Below, in pieces: positions 28,755 through 38,504 of a stretch of 46,809 nucleotides of DNA. A program made the translations under genes and the position numbers. Every line of letters starts with the position of its first letter. Within the stretch, counting starts at the first letter, position 1. This DNA comes from SAR324 cluster bacterium (lineage in GTDB: Bacteria; SAR324; XYD2-FULL-50-16). The notes under the pieces are model-generated. The model saw only the letters and a list, made by a program, of their open reading frames with translations. It ran no database searches and was not told where the DNA came from. The stretch spans positions 1-46,809 of the forward strand of contig NVSR01000011.1 of assembly GCA_002401295.1 (NCBI GenBank), read 5' to 3'.

Positions 28755-29921
28755 ATGGCCAGAGAATTTATTTTTACTTCTGAATCCGTTACAGAAGGTC
28801 ATCCTGATAAAATGGCAGATCAAATTTCCGATGCGATCCTGGATGCCATGCTCAAAGAAGACCCTGCTAGTCGGGTTGCTTGTGAGACAATGATTACTAC
28901 GGGACTGGTAGTCCTTGCCGGTGAAATCACATCAAAAAGCAATGTTGATTTCCAACGAGTAGTACGAGATACAATCAAGAAAATTGGTTATGATGATTCT
29001 CGTAAGGGCTTCGATTATAGTACTTGTTCTGTCATGGTTGCTTTGGATAAACAATCTCCTGATATCGCACAAGGTGTGAATACAGGTGAGGGTATGTATG
29101 AGGAACAGGGAGCCGGAGATCAGGGCTTGATGTTCGGTTATGCAACCAATGAAACAAAGGAACTGATGCCTATGGCGATTGCTTTGTCTCATCGACTGGC
29201 TTTTAAAATGTCAGAAGTGAGAAAAAGTGGTGAACTGGGATATCTGCGACCTGATGGCAAGACTCAAGTTTCTGTACTCTACCGTGATAACAAGCCAGTT
29301 AAAGTGACGGCTGTGGTGATGAGTAGCCAGCATGATGAAGAGGTGACACATGAGCAAATCCAAAAAGATTTGATCGAAAAGGTTGGAAAAACCGTCATTC
29401 CCGCTGAATTGCTGGATGAAGATACCAAGTGGTTGATCAATCCTACAGGACGTTTCGTGATTGGTGGTCCCATGGGTGATTGTGGTCTGACAGGCCGAAA
29501 AATCATCGTAGATACTTACGGTGGTATGGGCCGACATGGTGGAGGCGCTTTCTCTGGAAAAGATCCTTCTAAAGTCGATCGTTCCGCAGCTTATGCCGCT
29601 CGCTATGTTGCGAAGAATATCGTAGCCGCAGGCGTAGCTGATGAGTGTGAGGTTCAACTGGCTTACGCTATTGGTTTCCCTAAGCCCGTATCGATCAATA
29701 TCAATACTTTTGGTACGGCTAAGGTCAACGAGGAAAAGCTGGAAGAAGTGGTTGCCAAGCTCTTTCCCCTGACTCCTTCCTGGATCATTGAAACATTGAA
29801 TCTGAAGCGTCCTATTTATGCACAGACTGCTGCTTATGGACACTTTGGTCGTGATGGCGAAGATTTCACTTGGGAAAAGACGGACCGCATTGAGGAAATC
29901 AGAGCAGCTTTGGGCCTGTAA
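28755..29921 (+). CDS. metK: S-adenosylmethionine synthetase
   Basis: 388 aa with [37 protein letters not shown] and [16 protein letters not shown]. Confidence 0.96.
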   Translation: MAREFIFTSESVTEGHPDKMADQISDAILDAMLKEDPASRVACETMITTGLVVLAGEITSKSNVDFQRVVRDTIKKIGYDDSRKGFDYSTCSVMVALDKQSPDIAQGVNTGEGMYEEQGAGDQGLMFGYATNETKELMPMAIALSHRLAFKMSEVRKSGELGYLRPDGKTQVSVLYRDNKPVKVTAVVMSSQHDEEVTHEQIQKDLIEKVGKTVIPAELLDEDTKWLINPTGRFVIGGPMGDCGLTGRKIIVDTYGGMGRHGGGAFSGKDPSKVDRSAAYAARYVAKNIVAAGVADECEVQLAYAIGFPKPVSININTFGTAKVNEEKLEEVVAKLFPLTPSWIIETLNLKRPIYAQTAAYGHFGRDGEDFTWEKTDRIEEIRAALGL

Positions 29922-30002
29922 AGAGTAAGATCTAAGTTTTTGGGAGCCTGTGATGTAGAGTGCTCCCAATACTCCATTCTTGTACACTGCACAAGGAACC
30001 TG

Positions 30003-30281
30003 ATGGTTGAAAAAGAACTGACGATTATTAATAAATTAGGTTTGCATGTTCGTGCCGCATCACAATTAGTGAAAATGGCGTCGGATTTTGATGGCGAGGT
30101 AACCATCGCTTGCAACGGGCAGAGCGCCGATGCTCAGTCCATCATGGAAGTTTTGATGTTGGCTGCTACGATTGATACGGAAGTGGTTTTGTCCGCCTCA
30201 GGAGACAGTGAAGAAGAAGAACAGGAAATCATTGATAGCCTCAGTGTTTTGATCAATAATCGCTTCAATGAACAGGAGTAG
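30003..30281 (+). CDS. HPr-family phosphocarrier protein
   Basis: 92 aa. INKLGLHVRAAS carries the active-site His. The ATG at 30003 removes an implausible 21-aa extension. Confidence 0.75.
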   Translation: MVEKELTIINKLGLHVRAASQLVKMASDFDGEVTIACNGQSADAQSIMEVLMLAATIDTEVVLSASGDSEEEEQEIIDSLSVLINNRFNEQE

Positions 30282-30283
30282 TT

Positions 30284-31129
30284 TTGGTACAGTTTTCAAT
30301 TGATGGCAAAACAAAAATTTACGGAATTATTGGTCAACCTGTCAGTCATTCCTTCTCACCTGGAATGCACACACAGGCCTTTCAGCAGTTAGGTCTCAAT
30401 GCCGTTTACCTCCCCTTTCCTCTACAAGAAAATCAACTTCCTCAACTCTTCAATGCCTTTTCCCTCACAGGTGTGCAGGGATTTAATGTCACCGTGCCCT
30501 ATAAGGAAAAAATTATCCCTTATCTGGATCAGGTCAGCAAGGAAGCGCAGCTTTTAGGCTCGGTCAATACAGTGATGAGGACGGCTGAGGGCTGGTGGGG
30601 AACCAGTACGGATGGAGCAGGTTTTGTGCGCTCTCTTCAGGAAGAAAAATTTGTGATTCCAAAGGCTAAGGTTTTATTGTTGGGAGCCGGTGGTTCCGCC
30701 AAAGCGGTAGCTCTCGCCTTGGTTGAGGCAGGCATTCACTCCTTGCATATTATGAATCGGACTGCAGCCAAAGCTCAATTATTGACGGATCTTTGTCGAC
30801 AGGAGAATCCCGCCTTGGAAACATCAGTCAATCCTGCGGTGATTGAGGCTTATGATCTTCTGGTCAACTGCACGAGTATTGGTATGGAGGATGCTTCTTG
30901 CCCCGCCTCGGATGAACTCATCCAAAAAAGTAGATTCATAATTGATATTATTTACAATCCTGTTAAGACCACACTGCTACACAAAGCGGAAAAATTCAAT
31001 ATTGCTCATTGTAATGGCTTGGGGATGCTTTTGCATCAGGGAGTTGCTGCCTTTGAAATCTGGACGAAACAAAGGGCACCAGTTGAAGTAATGAAGAAAA
31101 GTCTACTACACTCATTAAGACTCGCTTAA
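30284..31129 (+). CDS. aroE: Shikimate dehydrogenase
   Basis: 281 aa with YGIIGQPVSHSFSPGMH, GFNVTVPYK, NTV and the Rossmann motif LLGAGGSAKAV. Confidence 0.88.
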   Translation: MVQFSIDGKTKIYGIIGQPVSHSFSPGMHTQAFQQLGLNAVYLPFPLQENQLPQLFNAFSLTGVQGFNVTVPYKEKIIPYLDQVSKEAQLLGSVNTVMRTAEGWWGTSTDGAGFVRSLQEEKFVIPKAKVLLLGAGGSAKAVALALVEAGIHSLHIMNRTAAKAQLLTDLCRQENPALETSVNPAVIEAYDLLVNCTSIGMEDASCPASDELIQKSRFIIDIIYNPVKTTLLHKAEKFNIAHCNGLGMLLHQGVAAFEIWTKQRAPVEVMKKSLLHSLRLA

Positions 31130-31194
31130 GCCCCTATTCCCCCTCGACTCTTCCCAGGGGAATGCCTAACCACCCTGAATAAAAAGAGAAACTC

Positions 31195-33480
31195 ATGTTG
31201 CTCAAGCTCTTGCGCCCTTCTGGCTTTAAAATCTCCTTTTTGATTACCTCAGCTTTTGCTTGTTTATTTCTCTGGAATTACCTGAATGTTGGTACGGGCA
31301 GTTTTTTGGGGCTCTTAGATAAAAAGATCATTGATTTTATCCTTAACTCCAGGGGAGCGGTTTTGCAGACAACGGAGATTGTTATTGCCGATATTGATAC
31401 CAAGTCGGTTGACAAGTATGGTCGCTGGCCCTGGGGAAGGGATATTATGGCGGATCTGTTGCGGGAATTGGAAGTCCATTACCAAGTCAAAGTTTTCGGT
31501 TATGATGTTCTCTTCTCAGAACAAGATCCTAATGATGTGACTGCGGAAAAGGTACTGCGCCGCTTCTATGACAAGGCGAGCAGGATTAAAAAAGGAGATG
31601 CTGAGTTTAGAAAGCACCTGAAAGATATTCGCTATAATCTCTCTTCGGAAATGAATAATGATGCTCGCTTTGGTGCGGAATTAAGCAAATGGGATAATAT
31701 TGTTCAAGGCTATATTATGTTCGGATCGGGGGAAAGGGTTCAACACCTGAGCTCCGAGCAGCTGGATGCTGCTGCTGCTCTGATTGAGAATTCAGAGATT
31801 ACGATTATTCAGGGATCTAATCATCTCACTTATGCCCCTATTTTTGAGGCGGCTGCTATTGAGCCGAATATAGCCGCACTCACTAGCCCCAATGCGTTGA
31901 GTGGTTTTTTTAACACTGTTCCTGATCCGGAGGATGGTACGATTCGTCGTGTCCATTTGGTGTGGAAATACAAGGATAAATATCTCCCTTCCCTGGATTT
32001 GCAAGTTTTACGTGTTTATTATGGCAAACCACCGATTCGTATGAAGGTCAATGAAGGAGGGATTGAAGCGATTTACCTGGGGGAAAAAGAGATCCTTACG
32101 AACAGTGATGGTTCTATTATGATTAACTATCAGGGACCTAGTTTTACGTTCCCCCATTACTCAGTCGCTGACATCATTGAACGGAAGATTCCGAAGCAGG
32201 CACTAAAGGGTAAAGTCGTTCTTCTGGGGGCTTCTGAAGTGGGTGTTTTTGACTTGCGGACGACACCTGTGGGTGTTGATTTTCCCGGAGTTGAGGTACA
32301 TGCCAACCTGTTGGATAATATCCTCAAGGATGAATATTTCATCCGTTCGGATTTTGTAGAGTTCTTAACCTTGCTCTTAATCCTGTTTTTGGGATTGCTC
32401 ATGGGCATCTTCTTACCACGGTTGAGTGCTCTGCCGGGGGTATTATTTGCCTTGATACTGCTCTCCTCCTACACGGGAGCTAACTATTGGTTCATGAAGG
32501 AGACAAATTCTTGGGCAAGCTTTGTTTATGTATTAGGGACAATCCTGTGCAATTGGTTTGCTATTATTTTATATCAATATTTTGGTGAGGAAAAAGATAA
32601 GCGTTTTATTAAAGGGGCTTTCCAGCAGTATATGTCTCCCGAGGTGATTGATCAGTTAGTTCAAGATCCCAGCCTCCTACAGCTGGGAGGTGAAAAAAAA
32701 GAATTGACGGCCTTTTTCTCGGATGTTCAAGGATTCTCGACTATCTCAGAGGCTTTGACTCCGGAAGAGTTGGTAGAGCTGCTCAATGAGTACCTGACGG
32801 CGATGACGGATATCATCATGAAGTACGGGGGAACAGTCGATAAGTTTGAGGGAGATGCGATCATTGCCTTTTTTGGTGCTCCTGTGAGCTATTCCGACCA
32901 TGCTGAACGAGCTTGCCTGGCATCTCTGGAGATGCAGGAAAAACTGGTGGAAATGCGAAAGACATGGAGAGAAGAGGGGAGGCATGAATTGTATGTACGG
33001 ATTGGCTTAAATACGGGGGAAATGGTGGTGGGAAATATGGGCTCCGCTTACCGGATGGATTATACCATGATGGGGGATGCTGTGAATTTGGCCGCCCGCT
33101 TAGAAGGTGTGAACAAAGAATATAAAACCTTCACGATGTTCAGCGAGTTCACTTACGCACAAGTGAAAGATAGAATTGCAGTGCGTGAGTTGGATATGAT
33201 CCGGGTGGTGGGAAAGAATGAACCTGTTAGAATCTATGAGATTCTAGGTACCAAAGATAAAGTATCCCAGAATAACCGTGCTGCTTACCAGTATTTCCAA
33301 AAGGGATTGGACCTTTACCGTGCCCAAAATTGGCCGGAGTCCAGAAAACATTTCGCCCACTGCAATCGAATGTTAGAAGGTGACGGTGCCTCCCAAATCT
33401 TCTTCGATCGCTGCAAGGATTTTCAGATGAAACCACCGACCGGGGATTGGGACGGTGTATTTCAGATGACGAACAAATAA
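31195..33480 (+). CDS. CHASE2 sensor domain plus class III adenylate/guanylate cyclase
   Basis: 761 aa. The N-terminal periplasmic domain has DIDTKS..KYGRWPWGRD. Three transmembrane helices follow. The cyclase domain has LTAFFSDVQGFSTISE, KFEGDAIIAFFGAP and RIGLNTGEMVVGNMGS. Confidence 0.85.
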   Translation: MLLKLLRPSGFKISFLITSAFACLFLWNYLNVGTGSFLGLLDKKIIDFILNSRGAVLQTTEIVIADIDTKSVDKYGRWPWGRDIMADLLRELEVHYQVKVFGYDVLFSEQDPNDVTAEKVLRRFYDKASRIKKGDAEFRKHLKDIRYNLSSEMNNDARFGAELSKWDNIVQGYIMFGSGERVQHLSSEQLDAAAALIENSEITIIQGSNHLTYAPIFEAAAIEPNIAALTSPNALSGFFNTVPDPEDGTIRRVHLVWKYKDKYLPSLDLQVLRVYYGKPPIRMKVNEGGIEAIYLGEKEILTNSDGSIMINYQGPSFTFPHYSVADIIERKIPKQALKGKVVLLGASEVGVFDLRTTPVGVDFPGVEVHANLLDNILKDEYFIRSDFVEFLTLLLILFLGLLMGIFLPRLSALPGVLFALILLSSYTGANYWFMKETNSWASFVYVLGTILCNWFAIILYQYFGEEKDKRFIKGAFQQYMSPEVIDQLVQDPSLLQLGGEKKELTAFFSDVQGFSTISEALTPEELVELLNEYLTAMTDIIMKYGGTVDKFEGDAIIAFFGAPVSYSDHAERACLASLEMQEKLVEMRKTWREEGRHELYVRIGLNTGEMVVGNMGSAYRMDYTMMGDAVNLAARLEGVNKEYKTFTMFSEFTYAQVKDRIAVRELDMIRVVGKNEPVRIYEILGTKDKVSQNNRAAYQYFQKGLDLYRAQNWPESRKHFAHCNRMLEGDGASQIFFDRCKDFQMKPPTGDWDGVFQMTNK

Positions 33481-33496
33481 GCGCTTTCAATTGAGC

Positions 33497-34606
33497 TTAT
33501 TCTTTAACAAAGGGGAAGCCGCCCTCTCGAAAATAAAAATAAGGGGTGAGTAGGATGTTTTGTTCTAAGCTCCGTAAATATTTCCTCTCTTCCGTGATAT
33601 GACGTCGAAAAGCCCAGGCACCACCCAAGCGGCGTTGGTAAGCCTCCAGGTTACCAAAATCCAGGAAGATTCTTTGGTTTTCTTTATTGATGTATAACAT
33701 CTGAGGAAGGAAATCGATGCTCTTCGTTGAACTTTTCACCTTGATCTGACTTTGGTCAAAATTCACGGAAAAACGTTTTCCACGAGAAGGAACCCAATAG
33801 TCACCAGGGTTGGCCTGAGTTAATAGTTCCAGGGGATAACGTTGCCTAACCGGGCTCAATGCCTGTTCTTCAAACTCCAAGCTACCCTTGACCTCGGTGA
33901 GAATAGGAGTCTTGAAGTCAATGAATTTATGAAAACTGCTGCCACCGAATCTAGAAAGACCGCCTTGTTGTCCCCGTCCTCCAGGACTTGTCGCGCCTCC
34001 ACTAAAATTATTCACTAGCTTCACACCGATTGAGTTGACCGTGTAATACATGAGCAGACTCTGAGGTGGCTGATAGAGAATATCCTCTATACTAAATGTA
34101 TAATCCTGATTGTTAATAGCTGCCACCAGACGTCTTGCGGGGTCTGCTGTGTTGAAGTGAATTTGCAGTTCCATTTCATCGGTCAGGGGGATCTGATTAC
34201 GAAGAGATTGGAAATTGAAGCTGACCTTGCCTGCTAAAAGAATACGGAACCATTTTTTCTTCTCCTCCTGGATCTCCGATGAGTTTGGAGTTAAAGTGTG
34301 GGCTTGTTCCAGTTTACGAAAAGCTAAGGGATATTTTTTTTCCTTTAGGAAGCGCTGATAGCGCTTCATCAAATCATCCGAGGTTTGTCGGGCCGTTCGA
34401 TTGTAAGCATCCCGAAACTCTAAATCATCGGGGGATTGGCTATAGGCTCGATGGTATTCGATATTCGCCTCTTCAAACCGTCCCTTCTGCTCTAATTGTT
34501 GGCCCTGGTAATAGTTATAATTACAGCCGCTCAAAAACACGATGGTGGCCAGAGAAAACCAGTGGAGGTATTTTCCTATATTTCTTTGAAAAAAACGCTG
34601 CAACAT
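33497..34606 (-). CDS. Hypothetical lipoprotein with an N-terminal TPR-like segment
   Basis: 369 aa. The lipobox is IVFLSGC. It has a Gly-rich linker (GGATSPGGRGQQGG). I recognise no family. Confidence 0.6.
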   Translation of the reverse strand: MLQRFFQRNIGKYLHWFSLATIVFLSGCNYNYYQGQQLEQKGRFEEANIEYHRAYSQSPDDLEFRDAYNRTARQTSDDLMKRYQRFLKEKKYPLAFRKLEQAHTLTPNSSEIQEEKKKWFRILLAGKVSFNFQSLRNQIPLTDEMELQIHFNTADPARRLVAAINNQDYTFSIEDILYQPPQSLLMYYTVNSIGVKLVNNFSGGATSPGGRGQQGGLSRFGGSSFHKFIDFKTPILTEVKGSLEFEEQALSPVRQRYPLELLTQANPGDYWVPSRGKRFSVNFDQSQIKVKSSTKSIDFLPQMLYINKENQRIFLDFGNLEAYQRRLGGAWAFRRHITEERKYLRSLEQNILLTPYFYFREGGFPFVKE

Positions 34607-34680
34607 TACGTACCTTTAACGTTGAAAAATGGCAGATATCTGAAAAAAGAACCTACAATTCTTGTGAGTGAGAATGTGGG

Positions 34681-35622
34681 TTATGGTCTTGGAGAGAATG
34701 GGTCAAATCCCTGCATCTTTTGATAGGCTGCGGCGGCTTGCTTGAGTTCGTTCTTTAAGATGCCTCCTTGATAGTGGGCAGCTGCCTCTAATGAGGAGGA
34801 CGAGAAAAGCCAAGGGTTGATTGCTGCCAAGCGAAGCAAGGCTTCTTTACCACTACCCGTACTGAATCCTCGAGCTAAGGCTAATAGTAGATAGGCCAGG
34901 TCATTTTGTGCATCTAAGGCAATAGCCTCTTCTGCGGTCTTTTCCACCCAGTCTAACTGTTTCGTTTTTAAATAAAATAATTCTGCTAATAAGGCCCTGA
35001 GGCCAGCATGTCGGGGATGCTCTCGTACAGCCCCTCGTAACAGCTCTTCCGCTTGCTTCTGAAGTTTCAGCCTTGCCCTGCCTGATCGGTTCATCGATAG
35101 AATTAGGATCCCTTCGATCAGATCTGATAGATGATCTGGAATTTGCTGTAGTTCCGGATAATTAAGAGTGAGATCTAAAAGCTCCACTTCGTCAGGTAAC
35201 TCTCGGCCTTCCAGCAGTTGCCTGCGCAAACGAAAGGCTTTTTCTGTCCACGAATTCCCATAAGCAATAGAGGATAACTCCGGGCTGCTGAAAGTAGGAG
35301 AAATCCACAATCCAATCTTTTTTGTCAACCTATCGATTACCAAATCCAGGTCAGCTTCACTGAAACTGGCGCTAAACTCCTGTTCTTGAAGAGGCGAATC
35401 TGCAGTGCGGCGCACATACAAGTTTAAGCGACCATAGCGCAAAACCTTTTGAAAAGAACCGGTGATGAGGATACTAAGTTGGGGAGAGGTAGCTTTTAGG
35501 GCCCTTCGGGAGTGAAAGTTCCAGTCCCTTTGTTGGTGTAGGCCTGCTTCAACTCTTGCTCGAATATAGTAACTAAGCCACGTGCTTCCTTCATGGTTTC
35601 GCTGATTGGTGAGCGGATACAC
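34681..35622 (-). CDS. Hypothetical helical-repeat protein; its natural start appears to lie at 35714 across an A9 frameshift
   Basis: 313 codons from a GTG. The same frame stays open upstream to 35703 and there encodes KKTALIVFLLVQAIFLPSLTFGDELIG, which looks like a signal peptide. See the finding on 35622..35714. Confidence 0.6.
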   Translation of the reverse strand: MYPLTNQRNHEGSTWLSYYIRARVEAGLHQQRDWNFHSRRALKATSPQLSILITGSFQKVLRYGRLNLYVRRTADSPLQEQEFSASFSEADLDLVIDRLTKKIGLWISPTFSSPELSSIAYGNSWTEKAFRLRRQLLEGRELPDEVELLDLTLNYPELQQIPDHLSDLIEGILILSMNRSGRARLKLQKQAEELLRGAVREHPRHAGLRALLAELFYLKTKQLDWVEKTAEEAIALDAQNDLAYLLLALARGFSTGSGKEALLRLAAINPWLFSSSSLEAAAHYQGGILKNELKQAAAAYQKMQGFDPFSPRP

Positions 35623-35696
35623 ACCAATCAGCTCATCACCAAAAGTCAGAGATGGGAGGAAAATAGCTTGTACTAGCAGAAAAACAATCAGGGCCG

Positions 35697-35705
35697 TTTT
35701 TTTTT
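35697..35705 (-). repeat. A9 homopolymer (T9 on the plus strand) at the 5' end of the 34681..35714 gene
   Basis: Counted directly: the minus strand reads ATG AAG CTT AAAAAAAAA CGG CCC TGA. Confidence 0.9.
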
Positions 35706-35740
35706 AAGCTTCATCCAGTTTTTGGTTGATGGCGTTATTC

Positions 35741-35986
35741 TTAAGCAAAGGGAGAAGTGCTGACTTCAGCGTCTTCAACGAGTGTCTCTTCCTGTTTTTC
35801 TTCTTCTACTACTTCGTCTACTGGGGCCAAGTCCTGGAAAATTGACTGGAGCTTATCTTCAGTTTGCTTCTTCTCGTCCTCTAATTGCTTCTTCTCGTCT
35901 TCTAACTCAAGAACCCGCATTTCCAATTGTTCGATCTTTTGGACGGCACTTTTTACTTTTGATTCAATTTGTTGGATTATATCCAT
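35741..35986 (-). CDS. ZapB-like coiled-coil protein
   Basis: 81 aa. MDIIQQIESKVKSAVQKIEQLEMRVLELEDEKKQLE resembles ZapB N-termini. It contains a 21-nt tandem duplication (LEDEKKQ twice) and an acidic tail. Confidence 0.45.
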   Translation of the reverse strand: MDIIQQIESKVKSAVQKIEQLEMRVLELEDEKKQLEDEKKQTEDKLQSIFQDLAPVDEVVEEEKQEETLVEDAEVSTSPFA

Positions 35987-36081
35987 AGCTTACCTCATGG
36001 TTACGATGAAATTAACTGGTCTGAATGAAAAATTATTCCCTTGATAACTTGAGCACAAGGGAATCGCAAGTTTTTCCTGCA

Positions 36082-37992
36082 CTAGATATTAATATTCAGT
36101 GCTTGAATCATGGAACTATTGTACTCAACCTCTGCTTGTTTGAGTCTTTCCTGAACCAAAGCATTGAGCAGAACCTGTGCTTTTTGTTCTCGTAATTGTT
36201 GTTTCAGCTTCTGCAGTTCCTCTTCATCCTTTTTAGTAGAGCTGATTTGCTTCTTGCTCAAGTAAACAAGGAAGCGCTGTCCACTCGCGGCAAAGGATTG
36301 GGTTTCTCCCTTTTTCATCTTGTAGATACTAGTCTGGAAGCGTTTGACATCCCTGACACTACCAACTTGTGGGTCCGTCAGTTTGAAGGTCAAATCCTGA
36401 GGTGTAATTTTCAAGGTTGTGGCCAACTGTTCGAAAGCTTCTTTGGAGCTGGCTTGAGCTTGGTATTCGCTTAATTTTTCATCGGCTTTTTGAGCCATGG
36501 CTTCCCTTTCAGCAAAGGCTTTGGCCTCATCCTTAATTGTTTCAAAGGCTTTTGTTTTAGCAGGAATGACCTCGCTCACTTGGTAAACCAAAGTGCCTTT
36601 GTCTCCGTTGACAACAAAGTTACCTTTATCATTCTCTTTTTTACCCTTCATCTCTGTGTAGAGTTGATAAGAGTAACCGAGGCTTTCTAGTTGTGTCCCG
36701 TCATCGAAGGCTTTCGTTGTGATCACTTCCTTATCTACACCCTGAGCTGTAGCTTCCAAAGATTGAGTCTCAAGTGCTTTCAAGAGCTTGTTCACCTTAT
36801 TTTTTAAGCGGCGTTCTGCTTTTTTAGCGGTAATACCTTTAATGATCTCGCTACGAACTGATTCCATAGGCTGTTCTTGGGCCTGTCTCGTATCCTGCAG
36901 TTGCACAATGTGATAACCGAAGGTACTGAGGAAAGGTGGGGCAATTTCCCCTTTTTCCATGCCTCTGACAGCATTTTCGTATTCGGGAACAAAGGTTCCT
37001 TTCTCAGCCCATCCTAGTTCTCCCCCTTGGACAGCGGAGCCTGGATCATTGGAGATGCTTTTGGCTAAAGCTGCAAATAGACTGCTATTCGCTTTGATCT
37101 GTTCGTAAGCCGCTTGAGCCATCTGCTTGGCCTCTTGCATCGCTTCGGCGTTCTTGTCCCGTGGTGTTGTGATTAAAATATGACGAGACTTAAAAGCTTC
37201 TTTAGTTGTGAATTCCTTTTTCTTGTTCTTGGCGTAGTACTTTTCGATCTCACGATCTCGGACCTTCACCTGGCCTTGAACATCTTCTCGACTCAGGAGG
37301 AAATACTGAATGCGGTACTGTTCTTTTTGTTTGAACTGATTAGGGTTTGCACCATAATATTCTTCGATTTGTGTGTCTGTCAGGGAGATATCCTTGGCAA
37401 ACATCTCGGGGCGTATCTCAATCAGGCGAATATCCATCTCAGTCTGGTATTTATCAAATTCCTTTTTTAACCAGCTCTGGCTAATCGTAGCACCAGCTTC
37501 CAGGAAGGTTTGGTACTTACTGGAAAGTAGGGAATTCCTTAGATCGAGTTCATAACTGATTTTATCCATTCGATTGCTTTTCAACAAAGTGGAATACTTT
37601 TCCGCATCGAAACGATTGTCAGTCTGGAAGGCCTGGTTGGCATAGATCTCGTTGGCTAGTTCCGCATCGGTCACGGTGAAGCCGTTATCTTTAGCGCTTT
37701 GAATCACGAGACTACTATTGATCAACCTTTGAACAACCTGTGCCGATACATTGGCCGCTTTCATGGCTTCATCAGCTTGATCTTGATACCTCTCTCGGTA
37801 TCTTCTTTGTTCCTGCTCAAAAGCGTATCGGTAGTTTTCCAATTTAATGTCATGGCCATCTACGGTTGCGATGACATTGATTCCCTGATCCTGAAAGGAA
37901 GAAACTCCAAAGGAAAGCATGACTAGTGCGACAATACCCACGATGAACCGAATGAGTACGGATTGGACATTATCTCGAATGAAAGAAAGCAT
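36082..37992 (-). CDS. ppiD: Periplasmic chaperone PpiD (SurA-N / parvulin PPIase domain)
   Basis: 636 aa with an N-terminal membrane anchor. The parvulin block is SRHILI.....DPGSAVQGGELGW..KG.FVPEYENAV......GEI..PF.S.FGYHIV. Confidence 0.82.
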   Translation of the reverse strand: MLSFIRDNVQSVLIRFIVGIVALVMLSFGVSSFQDQGINVIATVDGHDIKLENYRYAFEQEQRRYRERYQDQADEAMKAANVSAQVVQRLINSSLVIQSAKDNGFTVTDAELANEIYANQAFQTDNRFDAEKYSTLLKSNRMDKISYELDLRNSLLSSKYQTFLEAGATISQSWLKKEFDKYQTEMDIRLIEIRPEMFAKDISLTDTQIEEYYGANPNQFKQKEQYRIQYFLLSREDVQGQVKVRDREIEKYYAKNKKKEFTTKEAFKSRHILITTPRDKNAEAMQEAKQMAQAAYEQIKANSSLFAALAKSISNDPGSAVQGGELGWAEKGTFVPEYENAVRGMEKGEIAPPFLSTFGYHIVQLQDTRQAQEQPMESVRSEIIKGITAKKAERRLKNKVNKLLKALETQSLEATAQGVDKEVITTKAFDDGTQLESLGYSYQLYTEMKGKKENDKGNFVVNGDKGTLVYQVSEVIPAKTKAFETIKDEAKAFAEREAMAQKADEKLSEYQAQASSKEAFEQLATTLKITPQDLTFKLTDPQVGSVRDVKRFQTSIYKMKKGETQSFAASGQRFLVYLSKKQISSTKKDEEELQKLKQQLREQKAQVLLNALVQERLKQAEVEYNSSMIQALNINI

Positions 37993-38057
37993 GTGCGTAT
38001 ACCTGAAATCTTTTGAAAGTTACAGAAAAAACGAGGACTTCTCCGGATGTCCTCGCA

Positions 38058-38504
38058 TCAAACTAAAGTATCCAGTATCAGACCATAAAAAGAATGCTGC
38101 TCCTGGGGGGAGTCAAAAATCCATCCTAAATGGCTGAGGCATTGATTGCATAAAGCAATCTGCCAGGTAAAACCTTGAAACCAACTCCATTCGGAAGAGC
38201 TGCCACCCGTGGCAAAACACCCTTGCGCGTCCTGAAAACAGCCGATATGGAAAACTCTGCCCGCAGGATTTAGGAAGTTATGATCAAAGCCTCCTTGAAC
38301 CTCAATCTTGTCTTTTGGCTTGACGATTTTATGGCTACAGACCTTACAGCGGAGATGATCCCCTTCGTCTTGTTCCCTTTCTTTGGCTGTGCCTTTTGCT
38401 TTGGTTCCTGATTTCTCTGTAGGAGAAATAAAAGCCAAGGGGGCAAGAGACGGAATCCTGGGAAAGAAGAAAAAACAATAAACTGATGGACCATTGAACG
38501 TCAT
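38058..38504 (-). CDS. Bacterial cereblon-like CULT-domain protein
   Basis: LRCKVCSHKI ... FLNPAGRVFHIGCF ... SSEWSWFQGFTWQIALCNQCLSHLGWIF ... FYGLI aligns by eye with human cereblon CCKQC...[26 protein letters not shown]...FWGL. Both CXXC zinc pairs and the Trp cage are present. I chose the ATG at 38504 over the GTG at 38516. Confidence 0.8.
   Translation of the reverse strand: MTFNGPSVYCFFFFPRIPSLAPLAFISPTEKSGTKAKGTAKEREQDEGDHLRCKVCSHKIVKPKDKIEVQGGFDHNFLNPAGRVFHIGCFQDAQGCFATGGSSSEWSWFQGFTWQIALCNQCLSHLGWIFDSPQEQHSFYGLILDTLV

Noticed and set aside
29211-29987. 258-aa ORF antisense to metK
   Set aside because: It overlaps the highly conserved metK coding sequence. It has no motifs and no ribosome-binding site. 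I treat it as a shadow ORF.
35866-35910. 21-nt tandem duplication inside the ZapB-like gene
   Set aside because: It is an in-frame duplication of a heptad-compatible LEDEKKQ unit in a coiled coil. This is ordinary slippage in low-complexity coding sequence.
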